Made by a program: the position numbers and the translations under genes. Positions 42,354-56,152 of a stretch of DNA of 64,000 bases are shown here, piece by piece (the first letter of the stretch is position 1; every line of letters begins with the position of its first letter). The notes beneath the pieces were generated by a model. The model had not been told where the DNA came from and did not search any database. It was given only the letters and a program-made list of their open reading frames with translations. Source of the stretch: the human T2T-CHM13v2.0 reference genome, Homo sapiens; NCBI RefSeq assembly GCF_009914755.1, contig NC_060925.1, one strand, 5' to 3'.

Positions 42354-42363
42354 GCTATATAGC
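42354..42363 (-). promoter_or_regulatory. TATA-like box (palindrome GCTATATAGC)
   Basis: TATATAG at the edge of the GC-rich block, just upstream of the RE1 and leader. Confidence 0.5.
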
Positions 42364-45349
42364 TAGCCCACCTCAAAAGTTTTGACCCAAGGAATAGATA
42401 AAGGGATTAACTGCTGAGAGAGGTGTGGAGACCTGGACAACGGATATGACATCACTACAGCTCCTGGGGGTTTCGGGGGGATATTTTGCGGGGAATTTGT
42501 TAACCAAACAAGGATTGACTCTCGTGCTCCAGTTCAGCATTTGCCGGCAACTTGAGCTGCAGAGAAGTAAAGAGTCAGCTAAATACAGGATTATGAAACA
42601 AATAGTGCACTAGAACCTTCTGCTGTCATTGACAGAGGACTTGATATTGTATTTAGTGCTTTAAACAAAGTTTGCAGTGCAGACTATCAGTGTGTGTCAT
42701 CCAAGGCACACGATTTTCAGCTGTTATTGATAGATGAATGTGGTAATTTATAGATATGTGCAGTCATTTATGAATAGCTTATTAAAGTTATATGTTTTGG
42801 TTAGGTATTAATGTGTATCTATCTATCTAGGGATTTGGTCATCTAAAAACACTATGCATAAATAAATAAAGAGGCTTATATTCTTCTTTTAGTTATAAAT
42901 GGTATATTCCATTAGTGATCCCCCCAGCCGAAATATCCCCCCCATATGCACAGCCATACCTGGAAATATAGTTTTTCTATCAGTCTGACTTGTGTTTTTA
43001 CTTGAAGAAGAATTCACTGATAGATGGATAGCGGGATGGGAAGAGTGTTTATTTCTAAGCTTTCAAACACTTCTGTAATCTAGGGCTCAAGAAAAGGCAG
43101 AATAGCTGCCTCACAAGAGCAAAGAAAGGGTAAATGGCAAACTCTCTTACCCTGCATCATTCAACCTTACTGGAGCAATTTCATTTCTTTGAATATGGAA
43201 AAAGTGTTCTCAATAATATAAAAAGGAAGAAGTTGGTAGCCACCCTGAAACATCCCTCTCGTACAATTATGCCTGTAATATTTCCATCTTCTATTGATTT
43301 TTCTAGAAATTATAATTCCTAAGGGTTAAAATATATAGATAGACTGGGTCTGTGGACATTGCTTCCTTTTACTTCGACATTTAAAAGACAATGAATTGAG
43401 ATATCAGACACATACCGAGTATGAAATCTCCATCAACCTTTCACTGAAAATATATCCTATTTTTTAATATAAGAAATCTCAATTAGGACTCAAATGCATT
43501 TGAAAGTTATTGTCCCCAAGAATTTACATCATATTGCATCTGTTTTAATCCTAATATTATAAATGTGTGTATAGTTACTTGAGGTCTTTATTTTCTATAA
43601 ACATAAATGGCATGAAGTTCACTACATCTGATAATTCTTTTTGAAGGAGTGGATCATACAAAATAGAGATTGCAAAATCATAGAAAGAAAGTGAAATTAC
43701 TTATAATGGTGTTAATTTAATAATCTTAACAGCCATAACCATATTTAGAAGTTTCCATTATTTTGAGGTAATAGATAAAACTATAGAGTTGTACCACTCT
43801 CTGGGGTAACTTCCTAGAACATATTTGTCAGAGTTTTTTTCTTTTTACATTTGCTTCTTAACCTAAACTTTTCTACCTATCAACATCTACATACTTATCT
43901 ATCTATGTAGGATAAAATCAGCATAATTTTTAAAAAATCACACATAGAAATTGTTGAAAATTCTGCATCCATTTTTAAATATTTCACATGACTGTGCAGA
44001 TTGAAAATGAATTTGCAGAGGTGTGTTGGCTGAATGATTATAATAATACATTTTTATTATCCATTCTCTAAATACATTTTTTGTTATTTGTATTTACACA
44101 TGCTTTTCCCTCTTCCCAAGAAGTCTTCTACCATCTTTTTTACATCTCTACCTCTCAATTAGCAGACAGTAGTACATTATACTTGTTTGAGTAGAGGAAG
44201 CTGTATTTAACAGACACACACAGTAATATGAAAATATAATAATATCAATTTTATCACTTCAAGATAAACAGATATTCTTATAATGAAAATAATGTTTTTT
44301 TTCTGGAAACAGAATTATTCTGATCTCATACATGGTTTACAATATTAGTGACTGTACCAAAACTTTTATGTGGGCACAGTTTTTTTTCTCTTTAACTCTC
44401 CTTTTTTATGGCACTGGAATGTCATTTGTAACAAGAAGTTAATAAGAAGGCAAATTCTAATTCTATGAAATCTTGTCAGAAAAAATGTGATGGAAGAAGA
44501 TGATAATATTTAGAGATCCAAAATAAGTAATATATGGTAATTATGTTACAAATGAAAACAGATGATCTTAGCAAACTTACAACATATTTTCCATAAGAGA
44601 AGCTTAGTCATTTGTAGAGAATAATCAAGTTCAGTAATGAATCAAAGCTGTATTAAACATGCCACTGAAAAACACAAGCTGTAATCTAAACAGTATAAAT
44701 TCACCAATACTCTACTACTTCCTCTATCTCTCTTCTAAAATAAAACAATACAGTTGCATAGCTTCTCTTAAAGATAACTATTGGTTTTAGTTAGTCATTT
44801 GCTTAGAAATAAAACCCTCTTATAATATATTTCCATACAGTCAATTTAACAACATTGTAGGTAACATCATATCTTATTCATACATTGCAATCCATGGAGC
44901 ATTTCTCATTGCAAGAAAGAAATTCCAAGTAGTTCTTTGTATCTTGTGTCTTGCATTAGCTAGTCAAAAGAGTTCTACTAAAAGTAATAAATGGTGCATC
45001 TTTTTGCTTTTGTTTTTACTGTCACTTCAGATTTGTAACTGTAGTTAACTGAAAACAAAATTATACATAATTATATATAACATAACAAAATTATACATAA
45101 CAGATTTAGAAATCTTGCATTTTTGAATGCATGCATAACAAAGTATTTGATAGTTATGTGTCTAGTCAAAGTTGGCCTTCTTAAGCTTATATGAAGTTGT
45201 GGTACAATACAACACCTAGAACAAATGATACAAATTTTTAAAATATTTGTGCCTTATGTTACAAAAGTTCTTAATTCTATATTTGATTATAGTGTTAGCT
45301 AAATGTTTTATGCATTTAATTTTCTTTTGATAAGAGACTGTATGATATA

Positions 45350-47992
45350 CAGTTGACGTTTGAATAATGTAGGTATTAGCAGTGTTGACCCTCTGCATAG
45401 TTGAAAATTTAAAAATAATTTTTGACTCCCCCAAATTTACTACTAATAGCCTAACTCTTGACCCAAAACCTTATGATAACATAAATAGTTAATGCATTTT
45501 TTTGTGTTATATGTGTTATATACTGCATTCTTATGATAAAACTAGAGAAAAAATGTGATTAAGAAAATGAGAGAATATATTTACTATTGATTAAGTGAAA
45601 TTGAATAGTCGTAACCATCCTCATCCTTGTCATCATCATGTTGAGTAGACTGAGGAAGAGGAAGAAAAGGATGGGTTGATCTTGCTGTCTCAGGGGTGGC
45701 AGAGGCAGAAAAGATGTAAGAGATGGGAAGGGAGACAGGAGATGCAGGCACTATTAGTGTAAGTTTACAGAAATACATTGTAATTTCTGTTGACTTTTTA
45801 CTATTTTCTCTAAACATGTTTATTTTTAATAGGTTGACTATGTAGTACTGATCTTTCTTTCATCATTTGCTTTTATTTCAGTGCCCATATCATAGAAGTG
45901 TCCATGTCACAAAAGAAGTCAAAAGTAGTCTGGAATAATTGGAATCTTTCCACTAGATTGTCTAATGTCAATTTGTTTTCTGGCACTGTGTCTTCTATGT
46001 CTTCCTCCTCATTGTCTTGGCATTGGTTTGGAGGTACTCATCTCCATCAAGTCACCTTCTTTTAATTCCTCTGATGCAGTACCTATTAGCTCTTGAATTT
46101 CTTTAAGATTGATACCTTGAAACCTTTCACCCCTTACTTTCTTTTGCTATATCTACAGTATCTTTCACGGTTTCCTTAATTGTCTCTGTCGTAAATCCTG
46201 TGAAGTCATGAACAACATCTGGACACAGTTTTCTCCAGCAGGAATTTCTTGTTGTGTGCTTGATGGCCTTCAAAGCTTTTTCTATAACAACAATGGCATC
46301 TTTAATGGCATAAGCCTTCTAAACTTTGATCAAGTTCTCTCTATGGAAGTTCTCTTCGATAATGTTGAAAATCCTTTCTATAGAGTACATGTGTAATGGA
46401 GACTTAAAGGTCCTTATGATCCCCTAATCTAATGGCTGAAAAAGAGACATGTTTGGGAGCAAGTGGACCACTTGGATGTTTTCAGTGTTAAACTTTTGGG
46501 GTTCTGGGTGACCAGAGACATTGTTCGATATCAAGAGAACTTTTTAAAAAGGAGTCCTTACTGACAAGGTACTTCCTGTCTTCAGGGGCAAGGCATCGAT
46601 GGAACCAGTCCATAAAAGGGATTCTCATTGCCCAGGTCCTCTTGGTGCACAACCAAAAGACTGGCAGCTGGTGTTTATGTTTTCCATTCAAGGCTATGTG
46701 GTTAGCAGCTTTATAGATAAAGGCAGACCTGATCATAAACCCGACTGCATTTGCACACAACGGTAGAGTTAGCTTATCCTTTCCTGCCTTAAATCCCAGT
46801 GTTCCCTTCCCTTCCTTATTAATAAATGTCCTTTGTGGCATTTTTTCCCCCAGAGCAGGGCATTTCTGTCTGTGTTAAAAACTGGCTCAGGAAGATATCC
46901 TTTTCTCTCAATAATTTTCTTAAGGGTGTCTGGAAAGTTGTCTGTTGCTTCTTGGTCAACAGGAGCTGCTTCTCTTCTTATCCTGAATTTTTTTTTCAAG
47001 CCAAACCTCTTTCCAACCTTATCAAACCATCTTTTGCTGGCATTATATTGTTTAGCTTTAGATCCTTCACCTTTCTTTTGCTTCAAACTGTTATATAATA
47101 ACTTCGCTTTTTCTGGAATCACATTAGAGTCTATAGGTATGCCTTTCTTACAGGAAACCTTATATGTACACAAAAGTTATTTGGCAAAATATGTGCTTGC
47201 TGACGTAGCTGCAATGATGGCTTCAAACATTTCCTTTTCTTGTTTTTATAATCATCCTTACATTGAATTCATTTATGTTAAAATAATGGGCAGCCACTGC
47301 TTCAGACCTCAAGCTATGGTACAACGTTTTCTTGTAATGTCATGAATTTTCTTTGCTTCTTGGAAGGACTTCCAGCATTGCTAGTGGCACTTCATACAAA
47401 TGCCATAATGTTATTCAAGGGTATTGTATAGAGTGTTTTACTAAACATTATGAAAAGTACACGAGAACCACAAGAGTCACTTTTCACTGTGACATGCAAT
47501 TTACTAGATAGACAAAAGGCTCACTGGAGATTAGTGTCAAGTGGATACTGGAAACTCTTGAGCTCACTGTAATAGCAATAGGAGGTGGCTACAACATTAT
47601 TACAGTAGTACAATATGTAATACAGTTAAATTAATGCAGTTATGATTTAATACTGCATCTTTATATTGTTTATATTTCTTGGTATTACAAATGGCACCAC
47701 TTACAGTCTGTTCGTTTGTGCAAGTTTTGATAAATTTTAACTTTTTAATAATTTATTTGTGTATATTTCATCATAGTAAATGATAAAATAGGCTAGTATC
47801 TACATATATTTTATGCACTCATGACATAGCTCATTTTTTCTTAACTCTGTCAATTTTTCTAGGCTATGCAGTTGGTCTGAATTTTTTAAATTGTTGCAAA
47901 TTTACAAAAATGTTTCCAATATATTTATTGAAAAACATCTGTGTATAAATGTACCTGTGTAGTACCAACTTCAGTTGTCCAAGGGCCAACTG
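45350..47992 (-). mobile_element. Near full-length Tigger2 DNA transposon (pogo-like) with decayed transposase
   Basis: TIRs cagttgacgtttgaataa / ttgtccaagggccaactg, TA on both flanks (45348-45349, 47993-47994). Broken ORFs 46769-47173 (ASKRWF...VFNTD) and 46488-46841 (MPQRTFI...GFKAGKDKLT) are pogo/CENP-B-DDE-like; acidic C-terminal remnant at 45584-45817. Confidence 0.95.
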
Positions 47993-48219
47993 TACTTTTT
48001 CTCATACATTTTATACTTCCTCAGCTTTTCAGAGATATTCCATTATGTTAAAAAATGCTGTTCCTTATTTTGGTTTCATCTATAATTTATCATGGAGAGA
48101 CCTAGTTAGTTTAGAATAAAAATAACAATAACTAAGCATGTAATATAAACTCCTTGAGCAACTCTTCATCTTTCATTATGTAGATGAAAATTGCCCTTGA
48201 TTCATTTCCTAATGTCTGT

Positions 48220-49405
48220 GACCTGTCAGAGGACTGCCAGGATTTCATTTCCTGCCTGCTGCTCTTCTACTCTCTTTCATGGTGACTTTTCTTCCTGCCT
48301 GCTTTTAAGCCATTTTCATCTAGATCCCCTACCTCTCCTAAATACCCTATCAAAAATAATACCCCAATTATTCTCTATTTATGTTTATGTCATTTATTTA
48401 ATGTCTGTTTCTCTTATTAAAATGTATTCTATGAAGGGTCTTTGTCTGTATGGTGTTCTACCTTAATTCAAGCATCTAGAACAGTGTCCAGCACCTAGCA
48501 GTCACTTAATAATGGTTTCATCAATAAATGAATGAATGATTGAATTTTTCAACCTTAATTTCTTCATGAATATTTATATACCCAAGATTTACTAGATGTC
48601 ACTATGTAATTTCTTCCATCGCAAACTCAGTATTTCAAATGAATATCTTTCCTAAATCGTATTAGTTTGTGACACAATTTTCTCCCCATTGCAAAGCATG
48701 AAGCATGGAAATCACACTTAACTTCTCCCTCATTTTATCTCTTCATTCAATGGATCAACAATACTGTTAATTTTATCTCTAGAATATCTCTAAATCTATC
48801 CTATTGCTCCACATACACCTAGGTCAGGATCTTATTAATGTCATTTGAAGTATTAAAATGGTTTATTTCCTTGCCTTGCCACCAGTTTTTGTTTTTTTGT
48901 TTGTTTGTTTTTACTTCTATTTTCAACTTGCAATTTGTTTGCCACAAAGGACTTAATTGATTTAAAGACTAATTTTATCTTATTGGTCTCAGATTAAAGG
49001 CCTTCAATGGCTTCCTAACTTCTGCGTGATCAAGTGTGGAGTCCTTAAAATGGTTCATGCAGACTTTTGCATGATATGGCCCCTGCCTTCCAATCCAGTC
49101 TCATTTCTAACCATTGTCAACTAATAATTGGAATCCGGCAAATGTTTGGTAATTGTACGTCTTTTAACTCTGTTTTACTGTGAGATTAATAGTTCTTCTT
49201 TTGCCTAAAAAGTTCTTATTCTGCATTTGAATTTCACTTTAAATGCCATCTCTTCTCTTTATTTGACCCTTGGTATCCTCCCTCAAGGTGTCTCTTCTCA
49301 TCATGTTTTCTAATGTCTTGTGTATGCTTTCATCATTGTATTTACTATGCTTGATTATTAAAATCTACTTTTTTGTCTTTCTTCACTTGATTGTAAAGCT
49401 TTTGA
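48220..49405 (+). mobile_element. Two adjacent L2 fragments
   Basis: L2 3' tail acagtgtccagcacctagcagtcacttaataa...aatgaatgaatga at ~48480-48545, then further L2 body sequence. Confidence 0.65.
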
Positions 49406-49407
49406 GG

Positions 49408-50288
49408 ATATTTAAGTTATCAATTGCTCTATAACTAACCATTCCAAAATTTAATAGTTTAAAATAAAAAATATATTATTAATGGTCATAATTTTGCTAC
49501 AATTTCTTACTTAGGATTTTGTATACAGTTACAGTCAGATAGAAGGCTATACTTGACTAGATATTCAAGATGGCTCACTCCCATGGCTACGGTTGACACT
49601 GGTTGTAAGCTAGGAGCCCAGGTGGCATTATTGAGTGGATCACCTCTGTGTCATCTTTCTGTGTTGCTTGAATGTCTTACAATATGGCAGCTAGGTTTTC
49701 AGAGAGCATCTTAAGAGCTAGTATTCTAAAAGACCTAGGCAGAAACTGCGAGAATTCTTATGACTTATACTGAAAAATCACATTATGACCTACATTCAGA
49801 ATTCATGGCCGGGCATGGTGGCTCACACCTGCAATCCCAGCACTTTAGGAGGCTGAGGTGGACAGATCACTTGAGCCCAGGAGTTCAAGACCAGCTTAAT
49901 AACAGTGAAACCCCATCTCTACAAAAAATGCAAAAATAAAAAAATTAGCCAGGCATGTTGGCACACGGCTGTAGTCCCAGCTACTCGGGAGGTTCAGGTG
50001 GGAGGATCACCTGAGCCCAGGAGGTCCAGGCTGCAGTGAGCTGTGGTCTTACCACTGAACTCTGGCCTAGGCAATAGAGCAACAGAGTGAGTCCCTGTCT
50101 CAAAAAAATAAAAATAAAAAATAAGAAGGCAAGTATTTATATCGCTTTTTTTTTTCTTAAGCAAGTAACTAAAACAAGACCAGATGTAAGAGAAAAGTAA
50201 TTGGACTTTATCTCTCAATGTAAAGCACAGCCATGTGCATACAGGGAGGGAAGAAACTGAGGGCAGCCATATTTGAAATTATATAACA
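49408..50288 (-). mobile_element. Old MLT1 LTR interrupted by an Alu
   Basis: attgctctataactaaccattccaaaatttaatagtttaaaa...caagatggctcactcccatggct...ggcagccatatttgaaa. Confidence 0.7.
49807..50124 (+). mobile_element. AluJ-like element
   Basis: Sense Alu with gagcccaggagttcaag and ggaggatcacctgagcccagg. Confidence 0.95.
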
Positions 50289-51639
50289 AAAGGGATTATT
50301 TCACACACTCATTTAAAAATATCCATGTTTCCCTCACCAATCACTAACCTAGCTGAGTTGTATTTTAAAGGTGGATTTTGATTTGCGTATACTTTGGCAG
50401 TATATGCAGCTTTTTTTTACTAAAACAATTTAGTAAAAATTAGTAAGAAATTAAGTTAAATATATATATTTAAATATGTATATTTACAAATATATATTTA
50501 AATACATATATATATTTACAAATAAACACCAATATTACAAAGGACTTGTGCTTCTAGTAATGCAAGGCTAAATAATTTGGACCAAGTCTCTTACTGAGAA
50601 TGACTTTAAGAACCAGAAAAAATATGTAAATACAACTGCTTGAAGGCATTGGATAACAGCAATGTCGGTGATGAAATATGGGATCAAGGTCTGAGAGAGC
50701 AGAGAAATAAGAAGACAGCCTGGCTTTTAGGACCTCTTTTCCATTAAGAGTGGCTATCATCTTCAGAAGAAGCTACCTAAAGACTGAGAAACTTATTGGA
50801 GCCTCTGACCTCACAGGGCTAGGGGAACACAAATTAGAATTCCAGGTTTTTTGCCTAAGTAAGAGCCCTGTCCCCACTCCCCCTCTTCTTAATTTGAGTA
50901 GAGATGTTTAAGTGCTAAACACCTGTAAGTGAGGGTGAAATCAAAATAAAACAGTCTTCACAGGGGCTTTTATGACCAGCTTCTGATCATCTCTTTCCCT
51001 GACACTATAGTAAGATGATCTGGAATTCCTAGTAACCCTAGACTTCTGAAAAAGGTGATCTGACAGAGGTTAAGGGAGATGTTATTGCCTGGAAGAGAGC
51101 AAAAGTTGGTTTTGGAGGGAAGAAAAAATTTATACTGTATAATATTTTGTGGCCCTTCTGAAGCTTCACATTATACAACAAAATCTTATTTCTTAGTGCT
51201 TAATTACAGTTGTTAAGAGGAATTTAAACTTAATTTATTCTTCTCCTGGGCAGAGCAAAAATGAAGTTGAAAACCACTGGTTTATAGTCAGCCCTAAGGG
51301 GTCCTGCAGGCTTTTCAGGGATGGAGATGGAAGAAGAGCAAAGTGAATTTTAAAAAGACTAAACTGTATTAAGAAAAAGCTAGCCAAGGAGGCATCCATG
51401 GTTCCTGAGTTCTACTTCATATAAACTTGATGAAAAGAATTAAGATATGTTTGTATTATTTTTTGAACCCTGGATAATTCCATAATTATTTAACAGATTT
51501 TGTTTCTGGATATGAATTGTACCTGGATGGATTTTTAGACATTGTGGGCATTAATTAAATAAGCAAATCAAATCACTACTTATTTAAGCGTCTGTTCTGT
51601 ACAGAGCATTATGTTGTGGATGATACAAAGACCTCAACA

Positions 51640-52360
51640 TTTTTTTTATTTTTACCTTTTGTGGGTACATAATAGGTGTACATATTTATGGGGTACATAA
51701 GATATTTTGGTATACGCAAGCAATGTATAATAATCATATCATGAAAAATTTGTTATTCATCTCTTCAGGCATTTCTCCTTGTGTTATGAACAATCCAATT
51801 ATACTCTTATCTGTTTATTAATGTGCAATTAAATTATTATTGGCCACAATCTCCTTGTGCCATCAAATACTAGGTTTTATACATTCTTTTTATTTTTCTT
51901 GGTACCCACTAATCAACCCCTCCTCTCCCCTACCCCTCACACTACCCTTCCCAGCCTCTCATAACCATTCTTTTTTCTGTATTTCCATGAGTTCTATTGT
52001 CTTGACTTTTAGATTCTACAAATAAGTGAGAATGTGATATGTTTGTCTTTCTGTGCCTGGCTTATTTCACTTAACATAATGACCTCCAGTTCCATCCATA
52101 TTGTTGCAAATGACAGAATCTCATTATTTTTTATGGCTGAATAGTACTCCATGGTATATATGTACCACATTATCTTTATCCATTTGTCTGTTGATGGACA
52201 CTTAGGTTGATTCCAAATCTTGACAATAACAAATGCTGGTGAGGTTGTAGAAAAAAGGGAATCCTCCTACACTGTTGGTGGGGATGTAAATTAGCACAAC
52301 TACTATGGAGAGTAGTTTGGAGGTTCCTCACAAAACTAAAAATAGAGCTACAATGCAATG
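51640..52360 (-). mobile_element. L1MA-type 3' fragment with 5' inversion
   Basis: 51640-~52222 antisense L1 3' end; ~52223-52354 sense L1; TSD caacattt (51635-51642, 52361-52368). Confidence 0.88.
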
Positions 52361-53499
52361 CAACATTTAAGAATTATAGACTCATGTTAAAAAAAACAGG
52401 CATTAATACATAAAAATTAAATATTGTATAAAGAGATATATATTCAGTGCTATACAAGATTAATTATTGAATAAATTATTGACTCATAAAACTCTGAGTT
52501 TAGATGAATAAAAAAATTTTAACTTGACTTTAAAAAGACTTAATTTGCCTTTTAAAAGATGTATAGGATATAGATAATAATTTTAAAATGACATAGAGAA
52601 GATATTAAATTAAACTACTTCTAAAATATATTTACTTCTCTAAAAATATCTTGACTATTTTAAAGAACTATTTTAATGGGATATTGGCCATTAAATATTA
52701 TTTTTAATGTTCAAAATTACAGCTCTCATAGAAAATAAATATTTGTCAAAGATTTTATTTAACTCTTTAGTTAACGAGAGAATCAGAAAAAAAAATGTAT
52801 AACTAGTAAGAAGAAGAATCCACAGAGCAGACATATGCAGAGGCCATTAGAAATCCTAAAATGAATTTGCTTAATAGATTCAAAACTGGCCTCTCCTATT
52901 AGGGAAACAAAATAAATTGAACCTCCACCAGACAGACTGCATTTCTATGAACAGAAATTGCTTGCATAGATATGTATTTTCTACAAATTAATTTCTATCT
53001 CTCTAAGGTTGGAAAATAGGCTAGTCAAAACAATGAAAGGCAAAGATAACCTATAAGGTTGACTGGATATATTCACTAATACTTCTTTACAAGATAATTG
53101 AGAAGTTGCCTTTTAAATTTTAAAAGTTTATTATAAATACTAAGTGCCTTGCAGCTTTTAAACTGATTATTAATTGTTTTGAATTAAATGTTGAGATACA
53201 GTTTAGAATACATACTCCTAGATATGCATGGGAAAATGTCCAGTGGAAGGCAGGACCAAACAAGTCATAGAGAGAACATCTAGCCATCTATTGGATTACT
53301 TAGACATGCAATCCCAAACCCAAGAATAATTGAACAATTAAAAACTTCAAAAAACATATTTACATCTTTTAAGTATACAAGAATTTCAATAAGCTGAACT
53401 TTTTCTCCTCTTTTGGCAGTATGTGCTTGTACGAAGCTAATATGTAATTTCCTTTCAGCAAAACTATTTGGAGTTCCATTATTTTAATTTTCTGAAAGC

Positions 53500-54520
53500 A
53501 CAGGCTAAAACAAAAAATAGATACATTGAACTTCATCAAAATTTTAAATATTTGTCTTTCAAAATACAATGTCAAGAGACTGAAAAGGCAATATTTGCGA
53601 TCATATGTGTGACAAGAGATTAATATTCAGAATATATAAAAACTACAATTCAACAGTAACAAACAGCTTGATTTTTAAAATGGGCAAGATACTAGAATAA
53701 CATTTTTCCAAATAAAATATACGAACAGCCAATACACATATGAAAACATACTAAACATCACTAATAATTAGAGACATGAAAGTAAAAACTATGATGAAAT
53801 ACCACTTTACATCCATTACAATGGGCATTATCAAACAAAACAAAAGAGAAAATAAGTGTTTTGAGGATGTGGAGAAATTGGAACCTTGGTGCCTTGCTGA
53901 TGGAAGTGTAAAATGACACAGCCACTGTAGAAACGGTGTGGCAGCTCCTAAAAATGTTAAACATAGAATTACCATATGATCCAGCAATTCTAGGTATATA
54001 TCTAAAAGAATTGAAATCAGAGACTGAAAGAGACATTTGCACACAGATGTTTATAGCAACATAATTTACAATAACCAAAAAGAGAAAACAACCCAAATGT
54101 TGATAAACAGATGAATGGATAAACACAATGTGGTACATACCTGTAATGGAATAATATTCAGACCTAAAATGGAATAAAATTCTGATACATACTATAACAT
54201 CTATGAAACTTGAAAACATGCTAAGTGAAATAAGCCAGAAACAAAAGGACAAAGATTATATGAATCCACTTATATAAGGTACCTAGAATAGACAAATTAA
54301 TAGAAACAGAAATTATGATAAATGTTACTAGGGTTAAGAGAAAGAGGACTTAATGAGTACATGGCTTCTGCTTGGCATGATGAAAAAGTTCTGGAAATAA
54401 ATAGTGATGACGGTTGAACAACAATTTGAATGTATTTTATGTCAATACATTGTATACTTAAAAATGATTAAAATGATAAATTTTATGTCATGCATATTTT
54501 TTGACAATTTAACAAATAAA
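53500..54520 (+). mobile_element. L1MB-type ORF2 C-terminus and 3' UTR
   Basis: gaggatgtggagaaattggaacc...catagaattaccatatgatccagcaattc...gatgaaaaagttctggaaataaatagtgatga. Confidence 0.9.
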
Positions 54521-55544
54521 TAATAATTTGGAGAAAACTAACAGCCTGATGAACATTCTTTTATTTGAACATAACATTTGTGAATATTGACATGCCATCA
54601 ACTATAAATGTTTTCTCAAGAGAGGGTGTATTGACCATTCTTAATGAGGAAAAAAAAAAGGCTATATCATTATACATAGTTAGATAGAGAAATTAATGTT
54701 TTTGTTTTCAATGTTCTATGATCTTTTGTAAGTACTGCCTTTAGATTTTGAGAGCAAATCAAATGGACTTTCATATCTGGTGCCACAAACTTATATTTGG
54801 AGCCCTCAAAAAAGTAAAGCTGATCTATTCTGTTAATAGTGAGAAAAACATTTCTATAGAGAAGGTAAAATTTGTCTTTTCCTTTTAGGGAATCTACTTG
54901 CTGCTTTAGCGGTATTGGCAAATTGGGTTCAATACTTGAGGTTTATAATCTCTTAAGTGAGTTTGAGCTTGGAAAGGAAACAGTAGGGAGGCTGGTCACT
55001 GTGCAATGTAGCTTAATGCATTAAATTTAATACAAGTAAACAAAATGAAAAAAATTAAAAGAAGGTAGTTTTTGTATTTTAACCAAATTCTGCTATGTAA
55101 TGCTAGAAAAAGTTTCAAATACATTTGTTATGGTTATACCTAGCAGGTTTCTAGTACTTTCTAATAGCCTTAGCATTTTGATTTGAGATTATTTTCCATG
55201 TTTGACTGTTATAAAATGTGACTTAAGGTTTAGATATGTTATTCAACCTGGAAACTTTCTTAAGAAAAGGACCTTTTAGCAACCAAACAGCTTAAACAAA
55301 AATAAATGTACAAAGAAACAAGAGGAGCAAACATTTATTTTTATAAACTTTCCTTTAAAAAGTCCTTTAAATAAATCAAGAATAAGATAATTTAAGATGT
55401 GGGGTGATGGTTGAGGAGAAAACTGATATCAAAGATACTCAGCTATTAATGTTTTATTTATAAATGTTAATTTGAGCAAATAAATTTCAATTGTAATCAA
55501 GCAACCAAATCTGAGCTATTCTGTGATTAGAGGCATTTCTTTTT

Positions 55545-56152
55545 AGGGGTGGAAAGAAAACCACCCCTTTCTTCCCCATTATAAAGGTCATGGCTGACAC
55601 CCCTATAAAAAAAAAGCAGGTTAACAAAAGTAAAGCATTGTAGTTTTAAGTGACTTGAGAATCTTCAGAATGAAGACACAAAGATACAGGGATAACTGTT
55701 CATTTTTATACTTAGGTTCAATTAAATATGGACAGCCATGTTGAAATACAGTTGGATAAGAAGGATCTGATCTAACGATAACAGACTGAGTTGGGGAACT
55801 CAGCCAGTCCTGTTCCAATTTTTCTTGGACTTTCTGTGAAGCATTCCTTCCTCCTGGGTGTGGTGTAGGACCTTCTGGAAAGAGAGTCTTAATTTCTTTA
55901 TGGCCAGCTGTTGCACAGAGAAGTGGTGCGGGGGATGTTATTATGTTTTTAGGCTTTATGGCTGGCTTTGGGAAAAAGACATTATGGTTTTTATGACCTA
56001 CCTTGGGGAAGAGGAAATCTAGTTTCTATGGCTTGCCTAGGGGGAGAATGAAAGGCAAGAGACAGGAGGTAGAATAAGGTCAGAGAGAGACTTTGCTTCT
56101 GGGGTTGCTTCTTAGGCTTTTATTTTGGGATATCACTTTCTGAGCCCCAACA
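55545..56152 (-). mobile_element. MER39-like (ERV1/MER4 group) solo LTR
   Basis: Reverse complement begins tgttggggctcagaaagtgatatcccaaaataaaagcc. Confidence 0.75.

Larger units (their letters stand above)
41700..42360. promoter_or_regulatory. GC/CpG-enriched promoter and first-exon region
   Basis: Cluster of CpGs (ccccgcgcag, gcggcggc, acccgcgcgc) in an otherwise CpG-depleted AT-rich window. Confidence 0.75.

Noticed and set aside
46488-47173. Domesticated TIGD-like transposase gene
   Set aside because: Frameshifts and stops, and it lies inside a TIR-bounded Tigger2 fossil.
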